A stretch of DNA of 64,000 nucleotides from Octopus sinensis (lineage: Eukaryota). The notes below the pieces were generated by a model. It was not told the origin of the DNA, made no database searches, and was given only the letters and a program-made list of their open reading frames with translations. Below are positions 1 through 14,315 of this stretch, one piece after another. How positions within the stretch are numbered: the stretch's first letter is position 1; every line of letters begins with the position of its first letter. The position numbers and the translations under genes were made by a program. The stretch covers positions 9,672,001-9,736,000 of the forward strand of contig NC_043007.1 in the NCBI RefSeq assembly GCF_006345805.1, given 5' to 3'.

Positions 1-200
1 CGTTAGCACGCCGGACAAAATGCTTAGCGGCATTTCGTCCGCCTATTTGTTTTGAGTTCAAATACTGCTGGAGTCGACTTTACCTTTGCCTTTAGTCCTT
101 CCGGAGTTAATAAAATAAGTACCAGCTACACACCGGAGTCGATGTAATCGACTAGGCATCTCCTTCGAAATTGCTGGCCTTGAGCCAAAATTTCAAACCG
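1..200 (+). mobile_element. tRNA-derived SINE family A, 5' end cut by window edge
   Basis: CGTTAGCACGCCGG..AAATGCTTAGCGG..GAGTTCAAAT..GTCGACTTT..AAGTACCAG matches many other copies in the window (e.g. 32094). Confidence 0.8.
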
Positions 201-1847
201 ATATATCCGACTTGTCTTCTCCCCTCAGAAATTACTGGTTTTGGATCCTGTAGCGGACCGGTGTCCCATTCAGGAAGCATCTTCTGATGTCTGTTATTTA
301 TACGCCATAGAAACTGGGTAAACGGCTTTATGAGTCTTAGGGTTAAAGAAAACAAAAACGCGTCAGGGCACAATGGAAAACTCATATCTTTGTGTAGCAG
401 AGGACATATTCAATTGAAATTATATACGACTTCTTCATTCGTATCTTTTTACTGTGCAAAAGCGATTATATTCAAATTCAGAATAAGAATAGAATGGCAA
501 GACAAATATACTACGAGACTAAATTACAATACATCTGCGAGAAAACAGACATAGGTGCTTGATGCTTTCTAGACAAATGCCATTTCCTAGTCTCATTATT
601 TTTCGCAGTCACCTTTTGCTCAAAATCTTTATATTTAATGTAAAAGCAAATATATATTAAATATTCAATCTATCTTTGCCCAACAGCTGTCAATGAACAG
701 AAAAATATTTTCTAAATTCAATTTCCCAACATTTATATATACTCACGTAATTAGATATAAATACGATGCCGACAAGAGACAGACTTCTTCGAGGTACAGA
801 CGTATATAGCATATGTTGTGTGACTAAATTTCTAATTCTTCTAACAAATATTCTATAAAACAGATACTATTTCAGATGTTAAAAATACCATTTGGTCTAT
901 ATAATTAGAGACTGTCAGCTCACTTGACGAGAAAACTTCCCAATTCGACCTTCTGAAATAAAAAGACTTTTATTACAAAATGCACCATTTCTCATTGTAT
1001 GGATGTGTGTTTGAGTCTGCGTATGTTTATTTCTATTTTTAATTATTTGTTGTCTTCCAAGTAAAGTAGGAGCTGGTTTCTAGCAAAGATACAAATCTCC
1101 ATCGCCGTAATGTAGATAACCATATTTGCAATATGGATTAAGAAAAATCTTGCATATTTTTATTGTTCCACTTACAAATTGTAACGTTCGTATCAACTGG
1201 TCAATTTCATTTTCTGAAAACCCTAGTTTATCCAGGTTGTCACTTGGGTATTTACTAACAAAACCAAGTGCACCTACTATTATTGGTATAAATGTGAATT
1301 TATAATCTATAGATTGAAGCTAAAAGCTTCAAAACACTTATCTTTTTTCCGCTTTAATTTTCGGAATGATACTCAGATCAGCAGGGCAGCAGATATCTAT
1401 TACGGTACATACGTTTCCATATCACTCCAAAATAACAATATCTGGCTTCATATTTGCATTTGGTAGAAGTTTTAGTGGCAATGTTCTACCAATATGTCAC
1501 GTGTACATGTTTATGTATGTATCCAATAAGGGGGACTATATTTATTCCAGGGCAGTCTGTCCAGAGCAGTCATTTCACATATGGAGATAATACCTTCATG
1601 ACATTCTTCAGCAGCTATGTACGAATTAACTTGAACATGATTTTAAAGTAGAAGTGATTGTTACCGAAATTCTTGTGCTGCGGGATCAGTCCCGAAACCG
1701 CTTAGCCGCGGTGCCCGTACACGTTTTAGATATGTGTTCTTCGAGAATATTCTTAATCAGACCGATCTGTTTTCAAAGTAAAATATTTGAGTAGCTGTCT
1801 GTATCCCGAAAAAAAGAAATACGTTTAGACGTCCCATTTTATTGTAT

Positions 1848-2058
1848 TTATGTATGTATGTATGTATGTATGTATGTATGTATGTATGTATGTATGTATG
1901 TATGTTTATAATATACATACGTGCGTGTGTGTTACTGTAACCGTGTGTCTGTGTACTTATTAAAATGCATATACATGTCTATATCTATATCTGTATTTGC
2001 ATGTATATATATGTGTGTCTGTGTGTGTGTTTGCGTGTGTGTGTATGTATATATATAC

Positions 2059-2093
<35 letters not shown>

Positions 2094-2192
2094 CATACAT
2101 ATATACATACATATATATATACATATATATATATTATATATATATATACATATATATATACATACATATATATATACATACATATACATATA

Positions 2193-2237
<45 letters not shown>

Positions 2238-2255
2238 TATGTATATATATATATA
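1848..2255. repeat. (TATG)n/(TG)n/(AT)n microsatellite cluster
   Basis: Direct reading. Confidence 0.95.
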
Positions 2256-2539
2256 CGCGCCGCCCGCGCACACGGCTGTCATAAACGGCTCCCGTGAAAC
2301 AAGCAAGCAATAAGTATTTATATTTTCGACATATGATATATTAAAAATTGCTGCTCCTGTAATAAGTATTATTCAATATTCCTCTAGTCTTGTACATATT
2401 CTAAGCCCCGTCGCTATCGCCTTGTTTGTGGCTGCTAATATTTCTGTTATGATTACCATTGATCTTATTGTTCATATTCTCATTTTTAGTGTTAGCCTTC
2501 GATATTTTGCCGTTGATACTTTGTGGTCGTGGTCGTGGT

Positions 2540-2544
2540 CGCCG

Positions 2545-2576
<32 letters not shown>

Positions 2577-3265
2577 GGTGGTGGTGGTAGTGGTGGTGGT
2601 GGTGGTGGTGGTTGGTGGTAGTGGTGATGATGTTGGTGGTAGTGATGGTGGTGGTAGTGATTGGTGGTCGTGGTGATGCTGGTTGTGGTGGTGATGCTGC
2701 TGGTTGTGGTGGTTGTGGTGGTTGTGGCGGTGTGTTTGTTTTTGTGCGTAGCCGTGGTGGTGGTGGTGGTGGTGGTGGTGATGGTGGTGATGGTGGTGAT
2801 TGTGGTAATGGTGGCGGCAGTGGTGATGGTGATGCTGGTGATGGTGGTGCTGGTGATGGTGGTGGTGGTGGTAATGGTGGTGGTTGTAATAGTGATGGTG
2901 GTTGTGGTAATTGTAGTAGTGATGTTGGTTGTGCTGGCGGTGGTGGTAGTGGTACTGGTGCTTGTAGTGCTTGAGGTAATGGTGCTGGTAGTGGTGGTCG
3001 TCCTAGTTGCGGTTGTGCTGGATGTGGTTGCGATGTTAGTGGTAGTTGTAGTAGTGGTAGCAGTATTGCTGAAGGTGGTGGTGGTAGTGGTGGTGGTGGT
3101 GGTGGTGGTGGTGGTGGTGGTGATGGTGGTGGTGGTGATGGTAGTGGCTGTACTGTTTGTGGAAGAGGCAGTAGTGATACTGTTTGTGGTGGTGGTGATC
3201 GCCGTCGTGTTGTTACTGGCGGTGGTGGTGGTCGTGGTTGTAGCGGCGCAGGTAGCGCTAGTGGT
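2540..3265. repeat. Degenerate (GGT/GTT/GAT)n trinucleotide tract
   Basis: Direct reading. It produces the poly-V/poly-G ORFs. Confidence 0.95.
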
Positions 3266-3451
3266 GACTAATACCGTTCCGTCTATATTTTTAATTATGT
3301 TTTTTGTTCCTGATTTTCCTTTCGACTAGTTTCTATTTATATATTTTTTCTTTATCTTGTTTTTTTTCTTGTCTTTCTTAGTTTTTGACTGATGCTTCTC
3401 GCCGTTCATTTATATTAATATTTATTTCTTTATATCCCCACCCCCGGGAGG

Positions 3452-4024
3452 GGGGGAAACTAAACATAGAAGGGAAAAACAAGGACAGACAATGGGAAAA
3501 AGTCGATTTTATCGGCCCCAGTTCGTAACTGCTACTTATTTAATCGGACCCCAAAAGATGAAAGGCAAAGTCGATCTCGGCGGAATTTGAACTCAGAACA
3601 TAAAGACAGACGAAATACCTATTTCTTTACTACCCACAAGGGGCTAAACACAGAGAGGACAAGCAAGGACAAACAAACGCATTAAGTCGATTATTTTGAC
3701 CCCAGTGCGTAACTGCTACTTATTTAATTGAACCCCAAAGGATGAAAAGCAAAATCGACCTCGGCGGAATTTGAGATCAGAACGTAGCAGTAAACGAAAT
3801 ACCTATTTCTTTGCTACCCAAACACAGAGAGGACAAACAAGGACAGACAAACGGATCAAATCGATTACATCTACCCCAGTGCGTAACTGGTACTTAATTT
3901 ATCGACCTCGAAAGGATGAAAGGCAAAATCGACATCGGCGGAATTTGAACTCATAACGTAACGGCAGACGAAATACAGCTACGCATTTCGTCCGGCGTGC
4001 TAACGTTTCTGCCAGCTCACCGCC

Positions 4025-4027
<3 letters not shown>
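3452..4027 (-). mobile_element. SINE family A, tandem array of about 3 units
   Basis: GATGAAAGGCAAAGTCGACCTCGGCGGAATTTGAACTCAGAAC recurs about every 180 bp. One 5' head ends at ~4027. Confidence 0.85.
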
Positions 4028-4094
<67 letters not shown>

Positions 4095-4920
4095 CAACAA
4101 CAACTATTACAAAAATAATGATGATGATGATGATAACGACATTACTGTGATATTACAATTGTAAACTATTACAAACGGAACTGTATTTTTTATTTTAAAT
4201 TTTATATATTTTTATTTCTTTTTTTTGCATATTCTCTCATTTTATGATCGTCGTCACTTGTCAACGTCGTCATCGTTATGGTAGTCAGCGTCGCAGTCAT
4301 CCACGCCGTCTCCCGCGTTTAGTATTGTCAAAATCGTCCTCGTAATCAACATAGGCATCAACGTGGCCGTCATCATCATCATCGTCGTCGTCGTCGTCGT
4401 CATCGTCCTCTTTATCATCATTATCATCGTCATCATCATCAACATCACGTAATCATCATCATCTCATCATCACCATCATTATCATCATCACTATCATCAT
4501 CATCATCATTATCATCATCATCATCATCATTATCATCAACATAACATCAACATAATATTCATCATCATCATCACTACCATCATTATCATCATCATCATCA
4601 CAATCACAATCACGATCATCATTGTCATTGTCATAATCATGATCATCATCATCACCACCACCACCACCACCACCATCATCATCTTCATCGTCGTCATCAT
4701 CCCCATCACCATCGTTATCGTCATCGTCGTCATCATCATCATCACCATCATGATCATCAACATCATCACCATCGTTATTGTCATCGTCGTCATCATCATC
4801 ATCATCATCATCAACATCATCATCATCATCATTATCATCGTCGTCGTCATCATCATCATCATCATCGTCGTCGTCATCATTATCATCACCGTCGTCGTCA
4901 TCATCCTCATCATCATTATC
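4027..4920. repeat. (AAT)n followed by (CAT/CGT)n trinucleotide tracts
   Basis: Direct reading. Confidence 0.9.
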
Positions 4921-5577
4921 ACTAGAAGCAATAGCAGCATGGAGAACACAGTCGTTGACAACTGCAATAACTAAAATAATAACAGCACAATAAAAACAAA
5001 AAAATGTCATCGGTTGGTATGTGGCACAATGACACTTGCAGCAGCAGCATCACTGCGGCGGCTATGGCTCTAGCTCTGACACCATCCATCCATCCATCCA
5101 TTCACAGTAATAACAACAACTGCAACATCAGCATCATTCAACTGCAAGTGTTGGGAAAAAAAACTAATGGAATATATGGAGATTACGAGGGTGGATAAGA
5201 AGAGAATGACGAAAAGAGAGGGGGAGAGGAGGAGAGAGAGGGAGTGGAACAAATGGAAGTAGACAGATATTATATATACATATATATATGTGTATATATA
5301 TATATATATGTATATATGTATATATAATAGATTTGATGATAAGATATTAAAAGCACAGAAGTTATACATATATATGTGTATATATGTATATGTATATGTT
5401 ATATATATATACTCTATATTATATGAACTTATATAGATTATCTACATTCATATGACATACTACATGTATATATATATATATATATGCATGTATTGTATGT
5501 ATGTGTGTTTATGTGCATTTACGCATGTACATTGTGCATGTGATGTGTTTATATGTTTTTTGAACATCCAAGCGTGC

Positions 5578-5616
<39 letters not shown>

Positions 5617-5669
5617 TACATATATATATGTATACTATATATATATAATAGAGAGAGAGAGAGAGAGAG

Positions 5670-5736
<67 letters not shown>

Positions 5737-6130
5737 CAGATAGATGGAGAAATAGAAATGTATTTTTTGTTTTGTATATTTTTATTTGTCTTTTGTCTTT
5801 TATTGTTGTTTTTTTTTCGCTCAGTGAAGGTGAGATAGAGGTAAAAAGTGAGAAAGAGGGAGGGACATTAGATATCTCGCTACAAAACTCAGAATTTTAC
5901 TCCCGGAAATTGTGCCGACTATAGCTCGGAAGAATAACTCGTAAAGACTACTTCCAATTTCCGGCAAATCTTAGATGTGTCCGACATAAACACTAGCTGT
6001 TCTAACAAGTTTGGTTCACTTCTATTTTAGCACCATTCGTTATGGACCAGATTCGATTTCATTAATGTATTTGCTTCATTCTGTACGAACTCCCACAATC
6101 CCTCGCTATCACTCATTCTCTTTCTCTCTC

Positions 6131-6193
<63 letters not shown>

Positions 6194-6472
6194 GCCTATC
6201 TACCTATCTATTTATCTCTCTATCTCTTTCTCCCTCTGTCTCTCTGTCTCTCTTTCTCTCTGTGTATACCGCTCTGTATATCGCCACTGCGTTTGCTTTT
6301 GCTATTGGGGAAATATTTTTTACGCATAATATTTTGTTTTTACGTCTTTTTTTATTCTGTACAATTTTGTTTTCAGCATATTTTTAGAAATATGTTTTGT
6401 TTGATGTCATTTACTATATAATATTATAGCTCACACACACACACACACCACACACACACACACACACACACG

Positions 6473-6507
<35 letters not shown>

Positions 6508-6588
6508 GCATACATTTATCCATGAAGATGTATGCAGTTATACATTCATAAATCTACTTATATATTACATAGATTTATGTATATATGA

Positions 6589-6646
<58 letters not shown>

Positions 6647-7240
6647 CAAACATAGATACACACAAACATACAAAAACACAGATAACCACAATACGTGCAT
6701 ACGTGTATATACACAACACACACAAACACACACACGCGCATACAAACACATATATACATAATACATTATATAAATCTATATAAGATATATGTGTAATTTC
6801 AAATATATCTATATATGTATATGATATGCTATATATATATATTAGTAATTTAGGTATTTATTTCACCACATTAATGTTATCATAGATGCTATTATACTTA
6901 TTATTATCGTCGGAAGATTGGTAACGCGGGTGGCACGCAGGTAGGCGGAATAGTTGGAGCGTCAGAAAGAAGTGTTTTACTTCTATTTCATTTTTGCTTC
7001 TAAATTTTTTGCTTCGGGTTCAAATTTCTCGGAGAAAATCTTTGTATTCTATCCATTCCGTGTTGATTGAATAAAAGTATAAGTCGTGGCCGATGACATC
7101 GGCTAACTCCCTTCCTTTAAGAAATCCTGGATTCCCACCTAAATCTGAAATATTTAGACGGTTCCGAAGTGGACGAGACGATTCTCTTGTGACTCGGATA
7201 AATAATATTTGTTATTTATCTCAGAATATTTGGTTATATT

Positions 7241-7487
7241 GGAGGCGCATGGCTTAAGGGTTAGGGTGTCAGCACCATGATCGTAAGATTGTTGTATTGA
7301 TTGCTGGACAGGGTGACGCGTTGTGTTCTTGAGCAAAACACTTCATTTTACGTTGCTCCAGTCCACTCAGCTGGCAAAAATGAGTAACGCTGCGTTGGAC
7401 TGGCGCCCCGTCCAGCTGGAGAACACATACGCCATTGAAACCGGGAAACCGGGCCCATGAACCTGGGTACGTTTTAAAAGGGCGCAA
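7241..7487 (+). mobile_element. tRNA-derived SINE family C
   Basis: GGAGGCGCATGGCTTA head, TTCTTGAGCAAAACACTT core and GAAACCGGGAAACCGGGCCCATGA tail. Near-identical to 11904 and 12190. Confidence 0.85.
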
Positions 7488-7654
7488 AGAAGAACTTAGG
7501 CTATGAGTTCAAAATGTGCCGGATTCAAACTTAGTTTCATTGTTTTCCAAGTCGTCAAAATAAAGTACCAGTCAAATATTGGAGTCCTGGAGTCGATGAT
7601 ACCGATTAACAGATCCTTTTATATTTGTTCCTCTCTTTGCTGTTTTGTTTGTTC

Positions 7655-7929
7655 CTTCTCAAGCCAAGCCTGGCTTATAAAGTCCGGTTTCCCCGGTTTC
7701 TTTGGCGTATAGGTTCCCCACCTGAACAGAATGCCGATCCGTCGCAAGTGAACTGGAAGATGCAGGAGGAAAGAGTGAGAGAATGTTGTGGCGAAAGGAT
7801 CAGCAGAAGTTCGCCATTACTTTCTGTCAGGCCGCGTGGAGCTTAGGTGTTTCGCTCATAAACACACGCACATCGCCCGTTCTGAGAATTGAACCCGCGA
7901 TCCCTCAACCACTAGGCTATGTGTCTCCA
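7655..7929 (-). mobile_element. SINE with family B-type head and family C-like tail
   Basis: Aligns with 12777-13075 and has a tRNA-like head at its right end. Confidence 0.7.
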
Positions 7930-8666
7930 CTCCTAGCTTTGTACATAAAATAAAGAGATTAACTTACGACAGTCGGAAATAGTGCCGTGTCTTATGCATT
8001 TATTTCTCCTTCACTTTCTATATTTGTCTGGCTCAGTTCCCCAACCGTTGTGGCTAGGAAAGAAGAGACAATTATTATTGTTTTTGTTACTACTGCTATA
8101 ATTATTATTATGATTACCATCATAATTTTTATCTGCCTTCCTTGTGGTCTTGTGAATTGTCACTTCGTCCTCAGTATAATGGTGGATGATGGTCTGATGT
8201 CGCCATCGGGAGCAACAGTGGAGTTGTTCAGTTTTCACCTTGTAAAACTGCGTTCAACGAGTTATTTTGTGTGAACGTTCCAGGGAAGGCGTAGACATTT
8301 TGGTGAAGTAACAGTTTTGAGCTGGTGAACAAAAATTTCCTTCCACTCTTACATTAGAGGTACGTTTATTCAGTGCCAGGACATCTAGCAAAAACGCGAA
8401 TGAAATTAAATAGAAAGTAGAAGAAACAAATTCAATTACTCAACAAAATAGATATATTAACAAAAAAATAGTTTTCTTGGTAGAAAATAATATTATTTCG
8501 AGTAATTTAAACGATACAACTAACGATACAACGACAATACATCTTTGGCATATTAGAAATATTAAGATGAACTGAGGAAATAATGGTAACCACTCAGTCG
8601 CTAACGAAATTTCAAATAGAAATATTTAGAGACAGAGAGAGAATATGAGGAAAGAAACAGAGACAG

Positions 8667-8785
<119 letters not shown>

Positions 8786-10778
8786 GCGAGAGAGAGAGGT
8801 GGGGAAGACTTTCAGATCTATGTGACAAAGAAAGGTGCCTCGCGAGCTTTGTCTCTTATAAAAGGGCGAGATCGAAAAAGAGGCCATATATAAGTAGATT
8901 CAAATGTTTAAGGCCAGCCTCTTGGAGGGAGCATTGGCCGATATGTGCGACAATAATTTCTCCGTTAATTGAATGTATGAGAGCTAGAATTTGAGACGAA
9001 CTGAAAAGATAGATCAAGCGTATACTTCACATACTTACAAACAGGTTCGTGCAACAAGGTTTGGGTCGCTGATGGAAGTGCCACAATAAAAAATATTGCA
9101 TGGCGTTTACCTTTGACTTATGTTAAGTTTCACACAATAGGAGCAGGGAGTAAACAAAAAGTTCATCATGAACAGGCAGGACATAAACATATAATTATTA
9201 ATTACCCCAGAAAACAATTCTGGAACTGTGTACTTCCTTGGGCGCTGAAAGAAAAAAAGGGAAGGCGATGTCCATGACCTTTCACCCGGCTTCCTAGACA
9301 CGTTGGAGGAAAATGACCCACAACCGAAGACCTGGCTTGAATGTTTGCAGTAATGTGGATTCCACTGATTCACCTGAGGAACTAGGTAGTGGTGTTAGAG
9401 CTTGGTGGTGTAAACCGTCTGACGAGGTATATCTATGACAGCGTCAATTAGTGGTTCATAGCAACTTTTTAGTACGACACTTGTGTGTTAATCAGTGCCG
9501 GGGTACATTTAGGAGATATATTCTCAGCTTGCATTCTCATTGCTCTACTATACCTCAGATGACCACAAACATGCTTAATTATCCATGTTGTCCGAGTGTT
9601 AAGTATCAGCTTAAATTGTTGTTGTTGTTGTTGTTGCTGCTGCTACTGCTGTTGTTGTTGTTGTTGTTGTTTAGAATCAGGTCAATCTAACTGAGAATAT
9701 GGTCGGAGGTGTTTTGTGCTTGTCTCTCGTATTGCATATCCCAAATGCATTGTATGAAGGATTCTCCTGGAATGGTGTAAATTGATGAATTAGAAAAGAT
9801 TTTGGTTGCTATTTCAAGCAGTCACATATAAAGTCAGCTTAATAGCTGGTTAATTTTATGTATGAACAGCTATGGTCTGATATGAAACCTCGGACCATAA
9901 CTTGAAACCCAACAGACATTTGGCAATGCTAATCACTCCATATAATTTTGAACGAGAAGAAAAATAATAAAATGAATGTTGGTGTAGAAGTTAGTTTGAA
10001 CGAAACGAGAATTTCATCAGAACAGAAAGTTTGTAAATTTCTATAACCAAGTGAAATTATGACATTAATTAATTATAATGCGTGATTGAACGATTAAATA
10101 TTCCTTGAAAATCTTCATTGTTAAGAAGCTTCATGGTTTATTAGACTGTAGAACGTTCCATGAAATACTCCCAGCGTTGAATCATTAAATTGATAAGCCG
10201 TTTTAATGAAGCTTAATTACCACCACAAATATTAGACACGTTAATTAAAATGGCATTGATAATATTTCTGAGAAGAATTGAAACCGTTTCGTCAGACAGA
10301 CTCTAGGGAGAGGAGCGGTGAATTTCTCTTCGTTATTATTACCAATCCTGTAAATTGTGACGCATTAATAACAGTTAATCTTAATAATATCAGACCATCC
10401 TTTTGTTTATTATGATATAAATATAATTTTACTATTCTTAAATCTGTCATTCCAACACATTTGATTTGAGGTTAAATTTCAGCGTCAACTTATTATCTCT
10501 GAGCGATATGGGCGGTCTAAATCAACTGTAAATAGCCAATTACGCAGAAATATAATTTATGAAGTTGAAGCTGAATGCTGTGTGTCAAAATACGTATTCA
10601 CTCGACAAATACAAAGAAAACATCAGTTATTTTATATCAAGATTGCTGCAGACGATAGGTTTCCAGTCTACAAAACGAATGCACCGAGGCTCGTATTCCG
10701 TTAGAGAATACTGTGCAGTGTGCATCGGCAATATTCACTACAGAAACAGCAGAATACTGATAAACAGTAAAACAATGA

Positions 10779-11204
10779 GGATCTTTTCGGTTTGAACGGC
10801 AGTTTTTTCTAGCGGGGTCATATGAAATTGTCACCCATAATTATGACCCTAGTATCGATCTATTGCATTCCAATCTGTTTTAGGGTTAGGGTTAAGGTTA
10901 GGAGTGGGGAGAAGGGTATCTTTTTTTTCTTCACAAATGTAAATAAACCCAATCTGTTTCTTAAACGAAGGACATATTCATACGGCACAGAATGTTTTCA
11001 CCTCAATAGACGTCATTGATTGGTTGAAATTGCAGAAATTGAAGAAAAAAACCCCACAAATATTTTACAAACTATAGAATTTTCTCAATAAAGCCAAGAG
11101 AAAAAGATGTTTTATAAACACATTCTACCAGTATACGAAGTTTAAAAGTGTTTAGTTACGTGGAAATTATTAAAAAAAAACTGCCGTTCAAACCGGAAAG
11201 ATCC
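10779..11204. mobile_element. Merlin-type MITE with internal TTAGGG repeats
   Basis: TIR GGATCTTTTCGGTTTGAACGGCAGTTTTT and exact 8-bp TSD AACAATGA. GG termini with an 8-bp TSD fit Merlin/IS1016. Confidence 0.8.
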
Positions 11205-11341
11205 AACAATGACCATGAGATAGTAACACACTCCGTCAGAGGCAAAGGCTGAGGCGTTTGTATGCGGTAACTGGAGCTGCCAGAAATAACGATCAAATAC
11301 GCAACAATTTACAGTTTATCGCCTTAAAAAGAAGAAATGTG

Positions 11342-11589
11342 GTGTCTTTTCACTTTGACCGGCAGATTTAAAAAATAATTGTATTCACCTCAATAGACGT
11401 CATTGATTGGTTGAAATTGCCGAAATACGAGAAATTTAACAACAAATAGCTTACAAACTACAGAATTTTCTCAAGAACGCCAAGAGAAAAAGATGCTTTA
11501 TGTGACACATTCTACCTGTATACGAAGTTTAAAAGTGTTTAGTTACAAAAAATTATTTTTTAAATCTGCCGGTCAAAGTGAAAAGATCC
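11342..11589. mobile_element. Shorter related Merlin-type MITE
   Basis: TIR TCTTTTCACTTTGACCGGCAGATTTAAAAAATAATT, TSD GAAATGTG/GAAATATG, and an interior shared with the 10779 element. Confidence 0.75.
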
Positions 11590-11903
11590 GAAATATGTTG
11601 GATATTGTATTTCCAGGTTTAGTATACCTGAAGAAAAGGTAGAATGATTTTGGGTTAAGTACCTTTATTTGTCCGCTAAACCAATGTTGATCAGAAGCTA
11701 TTCTGTAAAACCGCAACTTCTGGACTTATTCTCGAAGTATATATTTGAAGGTAATTTCTTCTATCTACGCTGCATCGATATAGAATGTTCAAAGGATAAA
11801 TTAACGAGCAAATGGTGTATGAAATCCGCCGAATACTGATTTCCTTTATTTTCCTTTAAATAGTCTTAGTATTAAATTTCAAATAATAATGAGTGTACAG
11901 TGT

Positions 11904-12148
11904 GGAGGCGCGTGGCTTAGTAGTTAGGGTGTCAGCACCATGATCATAAGATAGTGATTTCGATTTCTGGACCGGGCGATGCGTTGTGTTCTTGAGCAAA
12001 ACACTTCATTTCACGTTGCTCCAGTTCACTCAGCTGGCAAAAATGAGTAACGCTGAGATGGACTGGGGCCCCGTCCAGCTGGGAAACACATACGCCATTG
12101 AAACCGGGAAACCGGGCCCATGAGCCTAGTTAGGATTTAAAAGGGCGC

Positions 12149-12189
<41 letters not shown>

Positions 12190-12412
12190 GAGGAGATTGA
12201 CTTAGTGATTAGGGTGTCAGCATCATGATCGTAAGAATGTGGTTTCGATTCCTGGACCGAGCGACGCGTTGTGTTCTTGAGCAAAACACTTCATTTCATA
12301 CTGCTCCAGTCCACTCAGCTGGGAAAACTGAGTAACACTGCGATGGACTGGCGTCCATTGAAACCGGGAAACCGGGCCCATGAGCCTGGCTAAGCTTTAA
12401 AAGGGCGCATTT
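11904..12412 (+). mobile_element. Two SINE family C copies separated by (TA)n
   Basis: Copies at 11904-12150 and ~12190-12412 match 7241-7487. Confidence 0.85.
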
Positions 12413-12776
12413 ATTTATTTTATGAAGGTAGAGTAGATTATTATCATTTCTACCCGTACGGCGTTCTGCTTCTTTTCTGGTACCTGTCACACAATCAGGG
12501 ATTTATCGGCTTAAACTCGTAGTGCAGTAAAGTCTTCTTTCTCTGGTTATACAAGTGAAGTCGTATGGTTTAGTAGATAAGGTTAAAACATTTAACTAAA
12601 TCTTTTTTAGTAACATAACCTCTTTTTCTTTATGCATCACTAAACATGTTATTCTTTCCCAAAATATACCAAGCTCATTTATAATCCTACCGTATCTAAT
12701 AAATCGACTGGAAAACAGATCTTATCTACCATTAGCGGAATTTTATTTCGTGCCCAGGGCAAGTATTGTTTGTTGT

Positions 12777-13075
12777 ATGTTCCTTCTCAAGCCATGCCTG
12801 GCTCACAGGGCCGGCGGCCCGGTTTCCTTGGCGTATAGTTTTCCCACCTCGACGGGACGCCGGTCCGTCGCAGGTGATCTGCAAGATGGAGGAGAAAAGA
12901 GTGAGAGAAAGTTTTGGCGAAAGAGTCAGCAGAAGTTCACCATTACCTTCTGCCGGAGCCGCGTGGAGCTTAGGTGTTTCACTCATAAACACACACATTG
13001 CCCGGTCTGATACTCGAATCTGTGATCCCTCGACCGCGAGTCCGCTGCTGTAACCACTAGGCCATGTGTCTTCAC
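12777..13075 (-). mobile_element. SINE with family B-type head and family C-like tail
   Basis: Aligns with 7655-7929. Confidence 0.7.
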
Positions 13076-13169
13076 CAGGGCATACATACTACATAGATAT
13101 TAAGGTTCTCGGTTTGATTATAAATACTAGTCACAAACGTTTTATCAACGCTAACTTAACATCTAAATA

Positions 13170-13955
13170 GTTAAGTTCTCTAGCCACATGGTTCCAGATT
13201 CAGTGCCTCTGCGTGGCACCTTGGGCAAGTGTCTTCCACTGTCGTAGCACTCTGTCAGTTACGGCGACGCAGGTTCCAGTTGATCCGATCAACGAAACAG
13301 CCTGTTCGTGAAATTAACGTGCAAGTGGCTGAGCACTCCACTGACACGTGTACCCTTAATGTAGTTCTCGGGGAGAATCAGCGTGACACAGAGTATGACA
13401 CGGCTAGCCATTTGAAATACAGATACAACAGAAACAGGAAGAAAGAGTGAGAGAAGGTTGTGGTGAAAGAGTACATCAGGGTTCGCCACCACCCCCTGCC
13501 GAAGCCTCGTAGAGCATTAGGTGTTTTCGCTTAATAAACACTCAAAACGCCCAGACTGGGAATCGAGACCGCGATCCTACGACCGCAAGTACGTTATCCT
13601 AACCACTGGGCCTCCACTCTTCCACTGTAGTCAAGGATCGAACAAATCTTTGTAAGTAGATTTGGTAGGCAGAAACTAAGAGCAACATTTTTTGCGGGGT
13701 TGTGTTTGTGTCTGTGTATCTATCTATGTGTGTGTGAGTATGGTGTCTGTGATTATCCCTCACTACCGTTTGACAACCGTGGTGGGTGTATTTACGACCC
13801 CATAACAGAGGTTCGGCAAAAGAAACCGATAAAATAAGTATCAGGCGTTAAAAAAAATTAGTACTGTGATTGATTTGTTCAACTAAAATTCTTCAAGGCG
13901 GTGCTCCAGCATGGCCGCAATCTAATGACAGAAAGAAGTAAAAATATAAAAGAAA
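13170..13955 (+). mobile_element. SINE family D interrupted by a minus-strand family B SINE (13244-13618)
   Basis: Family D sequence stops at GTGTCTTCCACTGT (~13242) and resumes at CTTCCACTGTAG (~13619). The insert matches 25061-25427 in reverse. Confidence 0.8.
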
Positions 13956-14004
13956 AAGGTATCGAGTCACCATTTCCCTTTTGCTGGGAGACCTTATGGA
14001 TATA

Positions 14005-14249
14005 TTAGGTTGGTGCATAATTATTGCGGCTTCTTTCAATAAATTTTATTAAAAAATCCAATTACAAGATTTAACAAAAACGTCTTTAAATGTTTATTCC
14101 GACCGGCTGCCAAGCAAATGGGAAAAAGTAATTGAAGTAGATAGTGAATATGCTCCGAAATAATCATTAGTCTTTATTAAATGTTGCTATTGTTTTTGTT
14201 GAATAAAATTTATTGATAAAAAACCCGCAATAATTATGCACCAACCTAA
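14005..14249 (+). mobile_element. Mariner-derived MITE
   Basis: TIR TTAGGTTGGTGCATAATTATTGCGG with TA TSD. The interior keeps a transposase C-terminal remnant (RLPSKWEKVIEVDSEY). Confidence 0.9.
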
Positions 14250-14315
14250 TAGTTAATCGCCTTTTTCAAAATAAATGTATATATCTACAGCAGTCATTAA
14301 GTCGTTTGACTAAAC

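Noticed and set aside
1674-1716. GGGA-TCAG-TCCC GAAA CCGC..GCGG T, resembling hammerhead stems II and III
   Set aside because: No CUGANGA core, no stem I, and UG instead of UH at the cleavage site.
8850-8895. TATAAAAGGG and CArG-like motifs
   Set aside because: Short motifs are expected by chance in AT-rich DNA, and no downstream gene is evident.
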